A stretch of 64,000 nucleotides of DNA from Candidatus Poribacteria bacterium (GCA_965220415.1 OZ244829.1:984717-1048716), one strand, 5' to 3'. Shown: positions 20,641-31,440, counted from the stretch's first letter. Made by a program: numbers and translations. The notes: generated by a model from the sequence alone, not told the origin.

Positions 20641-21360
20641 ATGACACCGCTGGATTACGGTAAGACCTACCTTCTCGGCAGAAATCCGGAGAACGAAGTG
20701 AGATTCTGGGTTGAATCCCGCACGCGTGTGATTGACGCACGCAATGGGAAAGTGGAGGATTTCCTCCAATGCGCTTCATGCAAGAGCGAGGACACGTTCG
20801 CGGAACAGAACTTGTTCTTCAAAGACAACTATGATTTTCTCCCAATCTTCGGACCGGAATATGGGCTAATCTTTCGGCGTAACGCGTGGCTGAATCCCAA
20901 CTATAGAAGTTGTCTGAAAACGGCGGACATGTTTGGTGGCCCCATTCAACATCTCCAAGAACACACCCGTTCCAAGAATCTGGTTACCCCCGACGAAATC
21001 ATCAGGTTCACGCATGAGTTTTACCCGGTGGTCGCGCAAACAGAAATCCACAACGACGAAACAGAATTACGTGCAATAATCGAGTACCCTGTCAAAACGT
21101 TGAATATACGAAAATCGGACAACGTTTACCAAATCGACACGGGTCCCGTGGCGTTTCCCGATCTTGCCACGCGACCCGAGAGGCTTGTGGATTCAATCTC
21201 TCTTGCCTTCGTCGCCTTCAACGCAGCGCATTTCGCCGATTTTATCATGGAGGAATCCACGCCAATTGGTAACAATCAGGATATGGGGGAAACACACGTC
21301 TACCACTATTCCCGGCGCATCAGTTTGGCGGCGAGCAATAGCCTTTATGCGGGATTATGA
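20641..21360 (+). CDS. Hypothetical protein
   Basis: 239-aa ORF with an upstream purine-rich stretch. No recognisable family. Confidence 0.35.
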   Translation: MTPLDYGKTYLLGRNPENEVRFWVESRTRVIDARNGKVEDFLQCASCKSEDTFAEQNLFFKDNYDFLPIFGPEYGLIFRRNAWLNPNYRSCLKTADMFGGPIQHLQEHTRSKNLVTPDEIIRFTHEFYPVVAQTEIHNDETELRAIIEYPVKTLNIRKSDNVYQIDTGPVAFPDLATRPERLVDSISLAFVAFNAAHFADFIMEESTPIGNNQDMGETHVYHYSRRISLAASNSLYAGL

Positions 21361-21523
21361 GTTGCAATAGCGCGTTCGTCCGCATAGTTTCCGCTCTGCG
21401 GAGCAATCTTTACTTTCTGACACTTCAGGAGTCACCCAAAAACACGCAACTACGGGATTCCTATTCCGCCAAAAAGCCCTATTGAAGAAATGTGAAAGTC
21501 GGCAAGTAAGAGGAGGGCACATT

Positions 21524-22315
21524 ATGGACGATCTTGAAATGCAGCAGTACCTCTTCGATCTACAAGGCTACTTGGTCATTGAGAATGTCTTAAGCGAAAC
21601 GGAAGTTTCAAGATTTAACGAACTGCTGGATGAACAGGAGTTGCCCGCCCCCGGAGAGACGCAACGTTTCGGAAGCGCCCCGGAAGGACCGGGGTTTCTG
21701 CAGTGGGGAAAGCCGTTCTGTGATTTGCTCGATCACCCCGAGATTCTGCCAATCCTCAGATTTCGGTTGGGCGACGCTTTTCGACTTGATCGTATTTATG
21801 GGATGTGTATGAGTGAGGGAATGCAAAGAGGGAGACTCCACGCAGACTATGGCGCTACGGCGCCGTATTCCGGCGCTCGGCGCGGAGAGTATTTCCCCTT
21901 CCGCGATAATCAGATTGTTAACGGGTTCGTCGTCGTGACGTGGAATATGACTGACACGGGACCGGAATCTGGCGGTTTCTGTTGTATCCCCGGCAGCCAT
22001 AAAAGCAACTTTAAACTGCCGCAGCCGATAGATGATGCGCCCGAAAAGGCAGCGTGTGTTGTCGTTCCGAACGCGCCCGCGGGTTCAGTCATCCTCTTTA
22101 CGGAGGCATTGACGCACGGAACGGCGGCTTGGACGGCAAATCACGAGAGACGATCTCTTCTGTATAAATACTGCGTGTCATATATGGCGTGGAAAACGGA
22201 GCGCGTTCAACCGCCGACAAGAGTGCAACTCACACCACGGCAAGAAATTCTCTTTCGGGTGCCTTCAGATCCGCTGCGATTCTTTCCATCTCTCTTTGGG
22301 GAGCCTGAAGGATAG
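21524..22315 (+). CDS. Phytanoyl-CoA dioxygenase (PhyH) family Fe(II)/2-oxoglutarate oxygenase
   Basis: Start at MDDLEM is supported by GAGGAGGG RBS. N-terminal QQYLFDLQGYLVIENVLS and HxD...H spacing typical of the PhyH family. Confidence 0.6.
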   Translation: MDDLEMQQYLFDLQGYLVIENVLSETEVSRFNELLDEQELPAPGETQRFGSAPEGPGFLQWGKPFCDLLDHPEILPILRFRLGDAFRLDRIYGMCMSEGMQRGRLHADYGATAPYSGARRGEYFPFRDNQIVNGFVVVTWNMTDTGPESGGFCCIPGSHKSNFKLPQPIDDAPEKAACVVVPNAPAGSVILFTEALTHGTAAWTANHERRSLLYKYCVSYMAWKTERVQPPTRVQLTPRQEILFRVPSDPLRFFPSLFGEPEG

Positions 22316-22395
22316 ACTAACGTATCGAATCTGATTTTTGTCACTGGGATGTCGAAGAAACTAGATTGGTAAAGCACGAACCGCGAAAAATCTTA

Positions 22396-22622
22396 GAACC
22401 TGTTTGAACAATAGGTGCCAATGCCATTTTTTGCTATTTGAGGAGTGGAATTTCATGTTTCTGCCGTGACTTGTTGTACACCTGTGGGATCTCTATCGCC
22501 CTCCTTAATCAGTTGCTTGATCCCCGCTGGGGCTTTTGGAGGCTGGTGCGCAGGGGATCTCTATCGCAGTCGCTTTTCGCTCCTTTGATCGCACCCTACA
22601 AATGTACTTTTCAAACAGGCTC
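22396..22622. mobile_element. MITE-like element, copy 2 (TIRs GAACCTGTTTGAA / TTCAAACAGGCTC)
   Basis: Collinear with 1778-2030 and carries two internal GGGATCTCTATCGC units. Abuts the mtnA stop codon. Confidence 0.6.
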
Positions 22623-23660
22623 TTAGTCAACTAACTCCTTTAGGCGCAGAGTGTAAGGCGGTCGAGCAATCCCCTTTTCCGTAATGATGGCGGTAATCAG
22701 GTGGGCGGGCGTAACATCGAATGCGGGACTATAGACCTTGACACCCTCCGGTGCGGTTCGTGTGCCAAAGCCCTCCGTGATTTCTTCCGGTGCACGTTCC
22801 TCAATGGGAATCTGGTCGCCCGTGGGTAGCGAGAGATCCAGCGTGGAGGTCGGCGCGGCGACATAGAATGGAATGTCGTGCGCTTGGGCGAGTATCGCGA
22901 CGTTATAGGTGCCGATCTTGTTTGCTGCGTCACCGTTTGCGGCAATTCGGTCCGCCCCGACGACAGCACACTGTATCTTGCCCTCCTTCATGACTTGGGC
23001 AGCCATATTATCACAGATTAGCGTGACTTCGATTCCCGCCTGCATCAACTCCCATGCGGTTAAACGCGATCCTTGTAGCAGTGGGCGAGTCTCATCGGCG
23101 TAAACACTTATATTTTTTCCGGCTTCATGCGCCGTAAACATAACCGCCAAGGCTGTCCCGTAATCGGAGGTTGCCAATCCCCCCGCATTGCAGTGCGTTA
23201 GAATGGTGTCGCCTTCACTTAGGAGTTGTAAACCGTGTTTGCCAATGGCGCGACACATGGCGCGATCTTCTTCAATGATTGCCAATGCCTCATTTAACAG
23301 TACCTGCTTTAGCTGGGAGATGGGGACATGGTGGTGATTTTCCGCTGTCTTGGTCAACCGGTTGAGCGCCCAGAACAGATTCACCGCCGTCGGCCTTGAC
23401 GTTCCAAGATAATCGGTTACCTTGGTTAATTCATCCGCGAAATCGGCGTAGTTGTCTGCCCGCGACTTCCAGATTCCCAGCACCGTTCCCAACGCCGCCG
23501 CAATTCCAATGGCGGGCGCTCCACGCACGCGCAGCGATTTAATCGCTTCCCACACAGTCTCTAAATCATCGCAGTAAATCTGTTTAAACTCATTGGGCAG
23601 CAAGGTTTGGTCTATCAACCGTATTTTGCCATCTGCCCATTCAATCGTTGGAATCGACAT
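22623..23660 (-). CDS. mtnA: S-methyl-5-thioribose-1-phosphate isomerase (eIF-2B α/β/δ-like family)
   Basis: N-terminus IEWADGKIRLIDQTLLPNEF and GAPAIGIAAA motif are characteristic of MtnA. Confidence 0.75.
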   Translation of the reverse strand: MSIPTIEWADGKIRLIDQTLLPNEFKQIYCDDLETVWEAIKSLRVRGAPAIGIAAALGTVLGIWKSRADNYADFADELTKVTDYLGTSRPTAVNLFWALNRLTKTAENHHHVPISQLKQVLLNEALAIIEEDRAMCRAIGKHGLQLLSEGDTILTHCNAGGLATSDYGTALAVMFTAHEAGKNISVYADETRPLLQGSRLTAWELMQAGIEVTLICDNMAAQVMKEGKIQCAVVGADRIAANGDAANKIGTYNVAILAQAHDIPFYVAAPTSTLDLSLPTGDQIPIEERAPEEITEGFGTRTAPEGVKVYSPAFDVTPAHLITAIITEKGIARPPYTLRLKELVD

Positions 23661-24520
23661 CCTTTTGTCCCCCAGTTGAAAAAACTCTCCGAGTAGCTGA
23701 AGTCATTCTTCCGATTATAGCAGCTACCTCTATTCTGCGCAACGCAAAAGGACGGGGCACGCAGGCGCCGTCCATTTCAGTCCGTACCGTGGAGTTACCC
23801 ACGATTGCGAATCTATCAAGTGCGTACGCAGCGCATTCGGCTGAACCTACAGATCGGAATCCCAATCACGGTGCAGTATACGCACTACAACATCGCGGAA
23901 TTTTGACGTGTTTCCCCTCGTATAAAATGTTGGTAACTGTTTAGTTCAGCCAAAAACGAGTGGCAATATTAGTTTGGCAGCGTATCGCGCCCGACTATCG
24001 GCAGCGGGGTATTCTTGGATTATATGTGGGAGGGGCATCTTGCCCCGATATTCCGCGTACACGATAAATCAACTCCCTAAACAACTAAGCAATGAAAATC
24101 CACTTTCGATAGGGAATCGCTCCTGCATCGGGGCAGGGGGGATCTCTATCGCCTTCGTTATTCACTCAGTTGATCCCTCCCACAAGGGATATCGCTCGCA
24201 TGTTGGGTACATGAGAGAAATTGCCATCGGTCGTGGAATAAAGAGTGCGCCTTGTATTCGCCGCAGGGAGTTAACGGACTAAACAATTACCACTGTTGAT
24301 TCTCATTGACCGCCTCCGTGGAAGCATGTAGAATAATTGGAATTATGCTTCAGGGAATACCCCGCAATCTCGGGACGATACCGGAAGTCGGTCGTGTGAC
24401 AAAGTGCGCGCATGGTTGGAAGAGATTCGGGTAGGTGCCGGCATTGAGGCGCCGGAAACGTACGCGTGATAGTTATCGAAACGTGACAGCAATGTTATAC
24501 GGGAAACGAAGGAATTCAAA

Positions 24521-25252
24521 ATGAACATTAGTATCCAGAGTTGGTGTTTTCGCACATGGAACAAACCCGGGGAGATTATCCAAGCTACTAAATCCTGCGG
24601 ACTCGAATACATCGAGTTAGGCAGCATGTATGTGGATCCGTTTCGGGACACCGACTATATGTCAATCATCAACAAGTTCCGTTCGAGCGGCATTGAAGTT
24701 AGCGGTCATGGGGTAAACGTGCTTAATATTAACCAAGCAACCAACCGCGCATGGTTCGAATTCGCAAAATCAATCGGTCTGAAGAGCTTGGCAAGCGGTT
24801 TCCCGAAGGGTGAAGAGATTGAAACCGCTCTTTGTCTTGAGCCGCTGTGCGAGGAATTTGGAATCAAGATTGCCATCCACAATCACGGACGAAGGGATAA
24901 CCTCGGGTCGCCTGAGGCGTTAGACAGGGTTTTTTCCAACACATCAATTAACATCGGACTTTGCCTTGATACGGCTTGGATGCTTGATAGCGGATATGAT
25001 CCGGTAGAAATCGCGGACAAATACAGGGATAGACTTCACGGTGTCCACCTGAAGGACTTTATTTTCGAACGCGATGGCCACCCCGAAGATACAATCATTG
25101 GAGAAGGGAATCTGCGTCTGGATGCGCTGATTAAACTGTTGCAAGACATTGGCTACGACGAATTCCTGACGATAGAATACGAAGGCGACGTCGAGGATCC
25201 TGTTCCGAATTGCAAAAAATGTGTTGAGGCAATAAAAACCGTACTTGGCTGA
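24521..25252 (+). CDS. Sugar phosphate isomerase/epimerase (xylose-isomerase-like TIM barrel) family protein
   Basis: 243 aa. Pattern GLEYIELG...IAIHNH...GLCLDTAW...HLKD fits the AP-endonuclease-2/XylA-like TIM-barrel family. Confidence 0.6.
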   Translation: MNISIQSWCFRTWNKPGEIIQATKSCGLEYIELGSMYVDPFRDTDYMSIINKFRSSGIEVSGHGVNVLNINQATNRAWFEFAKSIGLKSLASGFPKGEEIETALCLEPLCEEFGIKIAIHNHGRRDNLGSPEALDRVFSNTSINIGLCLDTAWMLDSGYDPVEIADKYRDRLHGVHLKDFIFERDGHPEDTIIGEGNLRLDALIKLLQDIGYDEFLTIEYEGDVEDPVPNCKKCVEAIKTVLG

Positions 25253-25268
25253 ATCTGATGAGGCGCCT

Positions 25269-26423
25269 TTATTTATTCTGCGTAAAGTCTTTGAGCCACC
25301 GCTTGTCCCAAAGGGATGGGAAGCTGTTCTTCTTATACGGGTGTTCGGCACAAAGCGCAGTATTGAGTTCAATACCAAGACCCGGCTTTTCGGGCAGGGC
25401 ATATTCGCCATTCTTAGCGGGGTTCCAGCCGAAGACCAAGTCATGACGCCAAGGGACATCGTAATCGCCGAAGTTCTCCTGAATCAACACATTTGGCGTC
25501 GACCAATCCACATGCAGCGCGGCGCACAGTGCCACAGGACCAATAGAGCAGTGCGGCGAAACCTTGATATCCTGCGCCTCCGCCATAGCGGCAATTTTCT
25601 TTGTTACGAGTAAGCCACCGCAATGGGCTGGATCCATCTGTACGATGTCCGCCGCCCGCATCGCCGTGAATCGATAGAAATCCTCCAATGTGTACAACCG
25701 CTCTCCCGCCGCGATCGGGAATGGCAGAGCCCTCTTGACTTCCGCAAGTAACTCGAGGCTATTCGGCGACACCGGTTCTTCGTACCACGCGGGACAATAC
25801 TTTTCCAAGCGTCTTCCCATCTCAATGGCGCTTCCGACGGACAGACGACCGTGCACCTCAATCATCAATCCAATTTTGTCACCTACCGCGTCCCGCACGG
25901 CTGAGACTATCGCTTCCGTTTCCTCCATTTGATCTCGATTCATCTCCTTCCACGCCGTGCCAAACGGATCAAACTTCAGTGCACTATATCCACGGTTCAC
26001 CGCATTTGTCGCTGCCTCTGCATACTCCTGCGGAGTTCTTGCCCCGCCGTACCAACCGTTTGCATACGCCTCCAATCGTTCGTGACAACGTCCGCCGAGC
26101 AGTTTGTAGACCGGCTGGCCGCAAGCCTTGCCGATGATGTCCCAGAATGCGATTTCCACGCCGCTGATGGCGGTCATCACAGTCGATCCGCCCTGATATT
26201 GGTCGCGAATCATTCCGCCGATGACGGTTTCAATGTCAAAGGGATCCGTTCCCAAAACGCGCTCCGTCACCCATTCGTCCATCAAGGAGTGAACCGTCTT
26301 CTCCTGCCATTCCAAGGAAGCTTCCCCAATCCCGCTCAACCCGCTGTCCGTGGTGAGTCGAATGAACAGATAGTTACGCAAACCGGCATTCGTCAAAAAC
26401 GACTCTACGCGCGTAATTTTCAT
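25269..26423 (-). CDS. Enolase-superfamily enzyme (mandelate racemase/muconate-lactonizing / sugar-acid dehydratase-like)
   Basis: MKITRVESFLT...IRLTTDSGLSGIGEA N-terminal capping domain; KFDPFG...EEP metal-binding barrel pattern. Confidence 0.7.
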   Translation of the reverse strand: MKITRVESFLTNAGLRNYLFIRLTTDSGLSGIGEASLEWQEKTVHSLMDEWVTERVLGTDPFDIETVIGGMIRDQYQGGSTVMTAISGVEIAFWDIIGKACGQPVYKLLGGRCHERLEAYANGWYGGARTPQEYAEAATNAVNRGYSALKFDPFGTAWKEMNRDQMEETEAIVSAVRDAVGDKIGLMIEVHGRLSVGSAIEMGRRLEKYCPAWYEEPVSPNSLELLAEVKRALPFPIAAGERLYTLEDFYRFTAMRAADIVQMDPAHCGGLLVTKKIAAMAEAQDIKVSPHCSIGPVALCAALHVDWSTPNVLIQENFGDYDVPWRHDLVFGWNPAKNGEYALPEKPGLGIELNTALCAEHPYKKNSFPSLWDKRWLKDFTQNK

Positions 26424-26481
26424 TGCTTATCCTTCTTCGGAAGCAATTGCGTCATTTGAAAATCATCCGCAGATTAGCAAA

Positions 26482-26645
26482 CTATACTTTGCGTTGGGTA
26501 TTATTGCGCTTTATTTTCCAGTGATGATTGTTTCTAATAGGACTTACGTAGCACCATTAGGTCGGGAATCGGAGTTCCCTCGTACAGGGGTCGCGACCTG
26601 GAGATCGCTCCTACAGAAGACGCAATTTCTGACAGTGCGGAGTAC
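26482..26645. repeat. ~150-bp intergenic repeat B (copy 1); contains palindrome GGTCGCGACC and short TIR ATTGCGC/GCGCAAT
   Basis: About 90% identical to 37846-37995. Partial third copy at 45640-45690. Confidence 0.55.
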
Positions 26646-26667
26646 AGTAGGATTAACGAGGCGCGGA

Positions 26668-28611
26668 TCACCACCACGCGGTGAATCCGTACGTCCGCAC
26701 ATTAAGCAGTACCCCCAACAACGCCCAACAGGTGCCGATGGTGAAATCCGCGAAGACCATGCCGAGGAAAAACGGGATGGCGGCACGGTGTGCCTTCATG
26801 CCGCCTGCCTTGAGGAGGATCCATTTGATGAGCCACGCCGTAAAGAACATGAACCACGTGTCGCGCATCCCGTAGGTGCTGGATACGGCGTAACCGGCAG
26901 GGTGGAGCGGCCACCACAGGAACCGCACCCGCATAAACATCACAAACAGACCGAACAGTAATCCAAAGGAAAAAAAGCCGATTCCGTACATATCCGGGTG
27001 CATGGGATAGATTAACCAACGGTTCAGTCTACCGAGGGGCTCGCCGCCCCAACTTGCGCCATGCTTATACCCTGCATCAAGCAGTGCCCAGAACGCGATA
27101 ACAGTGCCGACAACAATCGCAATAAGCATCACGGCGAAAACGCGGCGTTGATTCATACGTGATCGGTCCGCGATACGGAACCCTTCGAGTTGGTGCGGCA
27201 TCGGGTCGCTGTAATGTGCCCGGGTAAGAAACCAGAACAGAGAGACTATTGATAGTGTCCGCGGCCCGACTCGGCGAGTACCAAAAGCGTCCAGCATAAG
27301 TATTTCGGGGCCCGCGAAGTGCAAGTCGTGCACTGGCGAGCCAACCTCCGCTCGGATGCGTGTCACACCGATATTTGTCATGAGGAGAAGCGCAAAGAAC
27401 ATCGCGGCGCCCCACCATGTCATTCCCGCTTGGTAACAAAATATAACGATAAACAGAAAGCCCGCAACCACGCCGTACACGGCAACATTGTACGGCAACG
27501 CCTCCCCCTTGCTGTCCCCGGCGAGCCGCCGGTCCCAGACCGAGCGAATCACTCTGGAAAAGTGATGTCTCCCCGTCCAGATGGCGATGACGCAGAGCGC
27601 AATATAAGCGCCGGCGGACTGTTCGGGAAATTCGGGGCGCTTTTGGAATCCCCACGCCTCCCCTAAAACCAACTGCGCCTTCCAGAAAAAGAAGAAAACC
27701 CAACATGAGAACGCGATGTCGAGAGGAACGAGGAAGATGAGACCGAGGAGAAACGGGCGCACCAACAGCGCCATGTAGCCGATGGCGTCCCACGGTTTTG
27801 TCGTGAAAAAGTTGCCCAAGTTATAGGCGCGAAGCTGGAACGACGGCACGACAGGGTAGAACGTGTGCAAGCCGTTCACAATGTTGATGATGCAAACCAC
27901 CGTGAAACTGGTCCATAGAAGTTTACTTTTGAAGAGCCGCGATTTCGGATTCGCCATTTCATACGGCAATAGCGTGAGCGGGTAGGTCAGCCGCTCGCGC
28001 TCCGTCCACTGTTTCCTGATGATGGCGTTAATGCAAAGCATGACAAACATGAAGACACAAATAAACGCCGTCCACGCGAGCACCGGCACAATCCAAGGCC
28101 TGATATGGGCTTCGATGTACAAGGTCGCGGGGCGTTTCGTAGCCGTCGCCATGTAGCCGGTCAACGCCTTGGTGTCAGTGACGATAAGCCAGTCGGGATA
28201 GTGGTGACCGAAAAGGTTTTTCCAGTCGTTCTCGGGAGTGGCAAAACCTACGGGGGCTGCGAGCGTCGGCGGGAGAATCTGCATCATGCTATGACCGGCG
28301 AGTGTGCCCGCTATGCAGAGCATCACATAGATGGTAACCAACTCGCCCTGCCCAAGCACCAACCTCGGCGAAATCCGTCCTAGGACGGCGTTCAGCATCA
28401 GCAAAAGGGTGAGATTGAAAATGGCGTGGAAGAGGAGACTAAAGTTGGTGGAGTGCGCGATATAGTGGACCGTTTCCATGTAAACGATCCAGAATGAGTT
28501 GAAGGGTATCAACAGGAGAGCGATGAGCACCGCCCGCCACGTGACCCGCGTTTGCCTCATTGATTCATCAGTTGACCGGAAATGAGGCTGGTTGGTTGAA
28601 CTGAAAGCCAT
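26668..28611 (-). CDS. Hypothetical polytopic integral membrane protein (about 14 TM, Trp-rich)
   Basis: 647 aa, many hydrophobic segments. No family recognised. Confidence 0.4.
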   Translation of the reverse strand: MAFSSTNQPHFRSTDESMRQTRVTWRAVLIALLLIPFNSFWIVYMETVHYIAHSTNFSLLFHAIFNLTLLLMLNAVLGRISPRLVLGQGELVTIYVMLCIAGTLAGHSMMQILPPTLAAPVGFATPENDWKNLFGHHYPDWLIVTDTKALTGYMATATKRPATLYIEAHIRPWIVPVLAWTAFICVFMFVMLCINAIIRKQWTERERLTYPLTLLPYEMANPKSRLFKSKLLWTSFTVVCIINIVNGLHTFYPVVPSFQLRAYNLGNFFTTKPWDAIGYMALLVRPFLLGLIFLVPLDIAFSCWVFFFFWKAQLVLGEAWGFQKRPEFPEQSAGAYIALCVIAIWTGRHHFSRVIRSVWDRRLAGDSKGEALPYNVAVYGVVAGFLFIVIFCYQAGMTWWGAAMFFALLLMTNIGVTRIRAEVGSPVHDLHFAGPEILMLDAFGTRRVGPRTLSIVSLFWFLTRAHYSDPMPHQLEGFRIADRSRMNQRRVFAVMLIAIVVGTVIAFWALLDAGYKHGASWGGEPLGRLNRWLIYPMHPDMYGIGFFSFGLLFGLFVMFMRVRFLWWPLHPAGYAVSSTYGMRDTWFMFFTAWLIKWILLKAGGMKAHRAAIPFFLGMVFADFTIGTCWALLGVLLNVRTYGFTAWW

Positions 28612-28928
28612 TGAGAGGTTTTGCTATATCCTAGGTTGAAATTTGCACGAGGGGCCAGCAGAGATAAACTAGATCTGCGGAACACCTTTAGATTATCTTA
28701 CTTTCTGAACCCCGTCAAGAGGTTAATTTCGCTGGGGCAAAGCGGAGGGCAGTAGTTGGTGAGGATGTAGCGTCTTGTGCTGTGTTTCTTGCGGACCGGT
28801 TGGAGCAACCTGCGCTTGCTAACATCGTTCGTGAAGATACATCGCCACAAACTGATGACGCTGAGCGTCGCACTATGAACCATGGAATTTTTGCGCTTTC
28901 CAGAGTGTTTTTCGTTACGACAAACTGT

Positions 28929-29936
28929 CTATTGTCCCGTCTTTACCTGTCCCCAAGTTGTCGCTAACTTACTTTTTGGATTGACGCTGCGCGGAAGTCT
29001 AAAGGGCGGAGTATAGATAAACAAAGATCGCGCGAAGACTACACCGCCGGAAAACAGAAATATTTTCCCATCGACCACTTCAGAACGGCCAGCCCTCGGC
29101 TTCGGCATATCTGCCAACTGTTCCCATGTGTCCGTTGTCGGGTCATAGGCTTCTACCGTTTTCAGGATTCCGCTGTCATCACCCCCGCTAATCGCGTAAA
29201 TGATCCCATTGACTGTATTCACAGACAAACAACATCTCGCCGTTGGCATATCGGCTCTCTTTTCCCAGGTGTCTGTGGCGGGATCGTAAACTTCGACTGT
29301 CCGCACGTATCTGTCGGGATTCCACCGCTTGTTTCCCCCGATAGCATAAATCTTCCCATCCACAACACTTGTAGCATACCCCCACCTCTGCTTCGGCACC
29401 GGCGCCTTTTTCTCCCAGCTATCTGCGATCGGATTGTACGCTTCGGGGACTCCACCGAACACAAATATCTTCCCATCCACGACGTTTGAGGAGAAGTTAG
29501 ACCTTGGCTCAAGCATATCCGTCTTCTTCTCCCAAGTATCTGTGGCAGGGTCGAATTCTTCCACGTGTTTTCTCGTCCACAACATTTGAACACTTCCGCC
29601 GATTGCGTATATCTTCCCGTTCACGGCACTTGAAGCGAGATTGCTCCTCCCGATTTGCATGTCTGCCCGAAACTTCCATCGGTTGGTCTCGGGATCGTAT
29701 TCTTCAACAGTGCGAAGCACTTTCCCTCGTCGCGCACGTTGATCCCACAAAGTGCCGCCAACGACGAAAATCTTCCCGTTCACGGCGCTCGTGGCAAAAC
29801 CCACTCGTTGGCTAAGCATAGGGGTTTCCCTTACCTCCCAGGTGTCCCCCTTGGGTCTTGCCATACCTGTTAATGCGGCACCTAGAGTCAACATTATGGT
29901 GAATAGACTTCCCGCAATCCAAACATGGCGTCTCAT
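28929..29936 (-). CDS. Secreted Kelch-repeat β-propeller protein with conserved C-terminal tail ...KLATTWGQVKTGQ
   Basis: Signal peptide. Six Kelch-like blades (NGKIFVVGG, NGKIYAIGG, DGKIFVFGG, DGKIYAIGG, NGIIYAISGG, DGKIFLFSGG). Shared tail motif. Confidence 0.7.
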   Translation of the reverse strand: MRRHVWIAGSLFTIMLTLGAALTGMARPKGDTWEVRETPMLSQRVGFATSAVNGKIFVVGGTLWDQRARRGKVLRTVEEYDPETNRWKFRADMQIGRSNLASSAVNGKIYAIGGSVQMLWTRKHVEEFDPATDTWEKKTDMLEPRSNFSSNVVDGKIFVFGGVPEAYNPIADSWEKKAPVPKQRWGYATSVVDGKIYAIGGNKRWNPDRYVRTVEVYDPATDTWEKRADMPTARCCLSVNTVNGIIYAISGGDDSGILKTVEAYDPTTDTWEQLADMPKPRAGRSEVVDGKIFLFSGGVVFARSLFIYTPPFRLPRSVNPKSKLATTWGQVKTGQ

Positions 29937-30453
29937 GGTATACCCCCTTTGATTTGGAGATTGTCTATTGAACTAGGACATTTAAGATTGAACTTTGGTG
30001 GACAACGTAACCCCGAAAGCTGTGCATTTAGTCTACTTCCGGCGCCTGTTTTGACCGGTGCAAGCTATGTAATACCATTTCGCGTGAATAATGGCGCATA
30101 TGCGGTCTCAATAATCTCGTTTATTTACCTCGTAGGCGGAGATCAGGCGAACGAATAGTGAGTGCGATAGAGATCCCACAGATACGCGACAGACAAATAT
30201 AAAAATGCGAAAAAACTTCCTATAAATGACCAAAAGTGCTTTGCTATTGATTATTCAAACAGGCTCTTAAGCCTACCCCCGTTGCAGGTAATGTGGACAG
30301 CGAAGTCATCGGTCTAGAACGGATGCACGACTACGGCTAGACACCCTCCCAACCATTACGTGACGCCCTGGGCGCTGCCGAGGGTTTCAATGACTCATCC
30401 CGTCGCATTGCCCACACTATCAGGATTCGTAGTTCAAAAGGCTATCCTGCATA

Positions 30454-31440
30454 CTATCGGACGTGCGACGCACTTTTCTTAAGCCTACCCCAAATCTCGA
30501 CTGTTTTGGAAGCGCGGGACACACTTAATCCTACCGGCCTAAAGTCGGGCTCGTCATCGTTCACATCACGAACTTTGCTGAGTTGCTCAAGATATTTTCC
30601 GTCTGCGGTCATCAAGTGAATCTTTCTGCCGAAGGGAATACCTGCCTTAGAGACTACATATGCGATCGTCCCCCCATCGGGAGACCACGTCGGGCGTGAA
30701 TGATCTTCGTTATTGTGTGTAAGCCTCACCGGATTTTTGCCATTCGCTCCCATCACGAAGATGTGCCTGAATCCTTTGTGCGAGGCATCGTATGCAATCC
30801 GCTGTCCGTCGGGAGAAAACGAAGGGTTCGATTTACCCGTTAAATCGTGCGTTAACCTTTCAAGCCCCTGTCCGTCAATGCCCATCACGTAAATTTCGAT
30901 GCCTTCATCATTCCTAGATACGAATGCAATCTTTCCCCCATCCGGAGACCATGATGGCTGCATCGTTCGGTCTTCAAACCTTACACGATTTTGTCCATTA
31001 GCATCCATCACCTCGATATGATCTAACCCATCGTGGACGGTGAATGCAATCTTACCCCCATCGGGAGACCAGTCAGGATCCGCCTTCGTTGCCGGCCCAT
31101 CTGTCAGTTCAATCTGATTCTTACCATCGGCGTCCATGACGCAAATCTGATATCCGCCGGATCGACGGGAAACGAATGCAATCTTCGTCCCGTCAGGCGA
31201 CCAATCCGGTTCCCTGTCGTCCACTGGATGGTTTGACAAGTTTTCCCGGTTTCCTCCATCGGCGTCCATTACATAGATTTCATAGTTGTCAAATACCAGA
31301 TTTGAAAAAACAATCCGGGACCCCTGTGCGGCGAGTCCTCCTATAAACCACCGTTCCCCACTTAACAGCATCATGGTTAACCCGATACACGACACAAGTA
31401 TGCGCCGCAATCGCATTTTTTCCTCCTTGTTTGTGCCCAA
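30454..31440 (-). CDS. Secreted PD40/TolB-like WD40 β-propeller protein with conserved C-terminal tail ...TVEIWGRLKK
   Basis: Repeats of DWSPDGTKIAFVS...YVMDADG type. Signal peptide, probably starting at internal MRLRR. Shared tail. Confidence 0.7.
   Translation of the reverse strand: MGTNKEEKMRLRRILVSCIGLTMMLLSGERWFIGGLAAQGSRIVFSNLVFDNYEIYVMDADGGNRENLSNHPVDDREPDWSPDGTKIAFVSRRSGGYQICVMDADGKNQIELTDGPATKADPDWSPDGGKIAFTVHDGLDHIEVMDANGQNRVRFEDRTMQPSWSPDGGKIAFVSRNDEGIEIYVMGIDGQGLERLTHDLTGKSNPSFSPDGQRIAYDASHKGFRHIFVMGANGKNPVRLTHNNEDHSRPTWSPDGGTIAYVVSKAGIPFGRKIHLMTADGKYLEQLSKVRDVNDDEPDFRPVGLSVSRASKTVEIWGRLKKSASHVR

Noticed and set aside
27077-27793. 238-aa ORF within the 647-aa membrane-protein gene
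   Set aside because: Same strand, alternate frame, Arg/Gly-rich translation typical of an off-frame read of a GC-rich membrane-protein gene.
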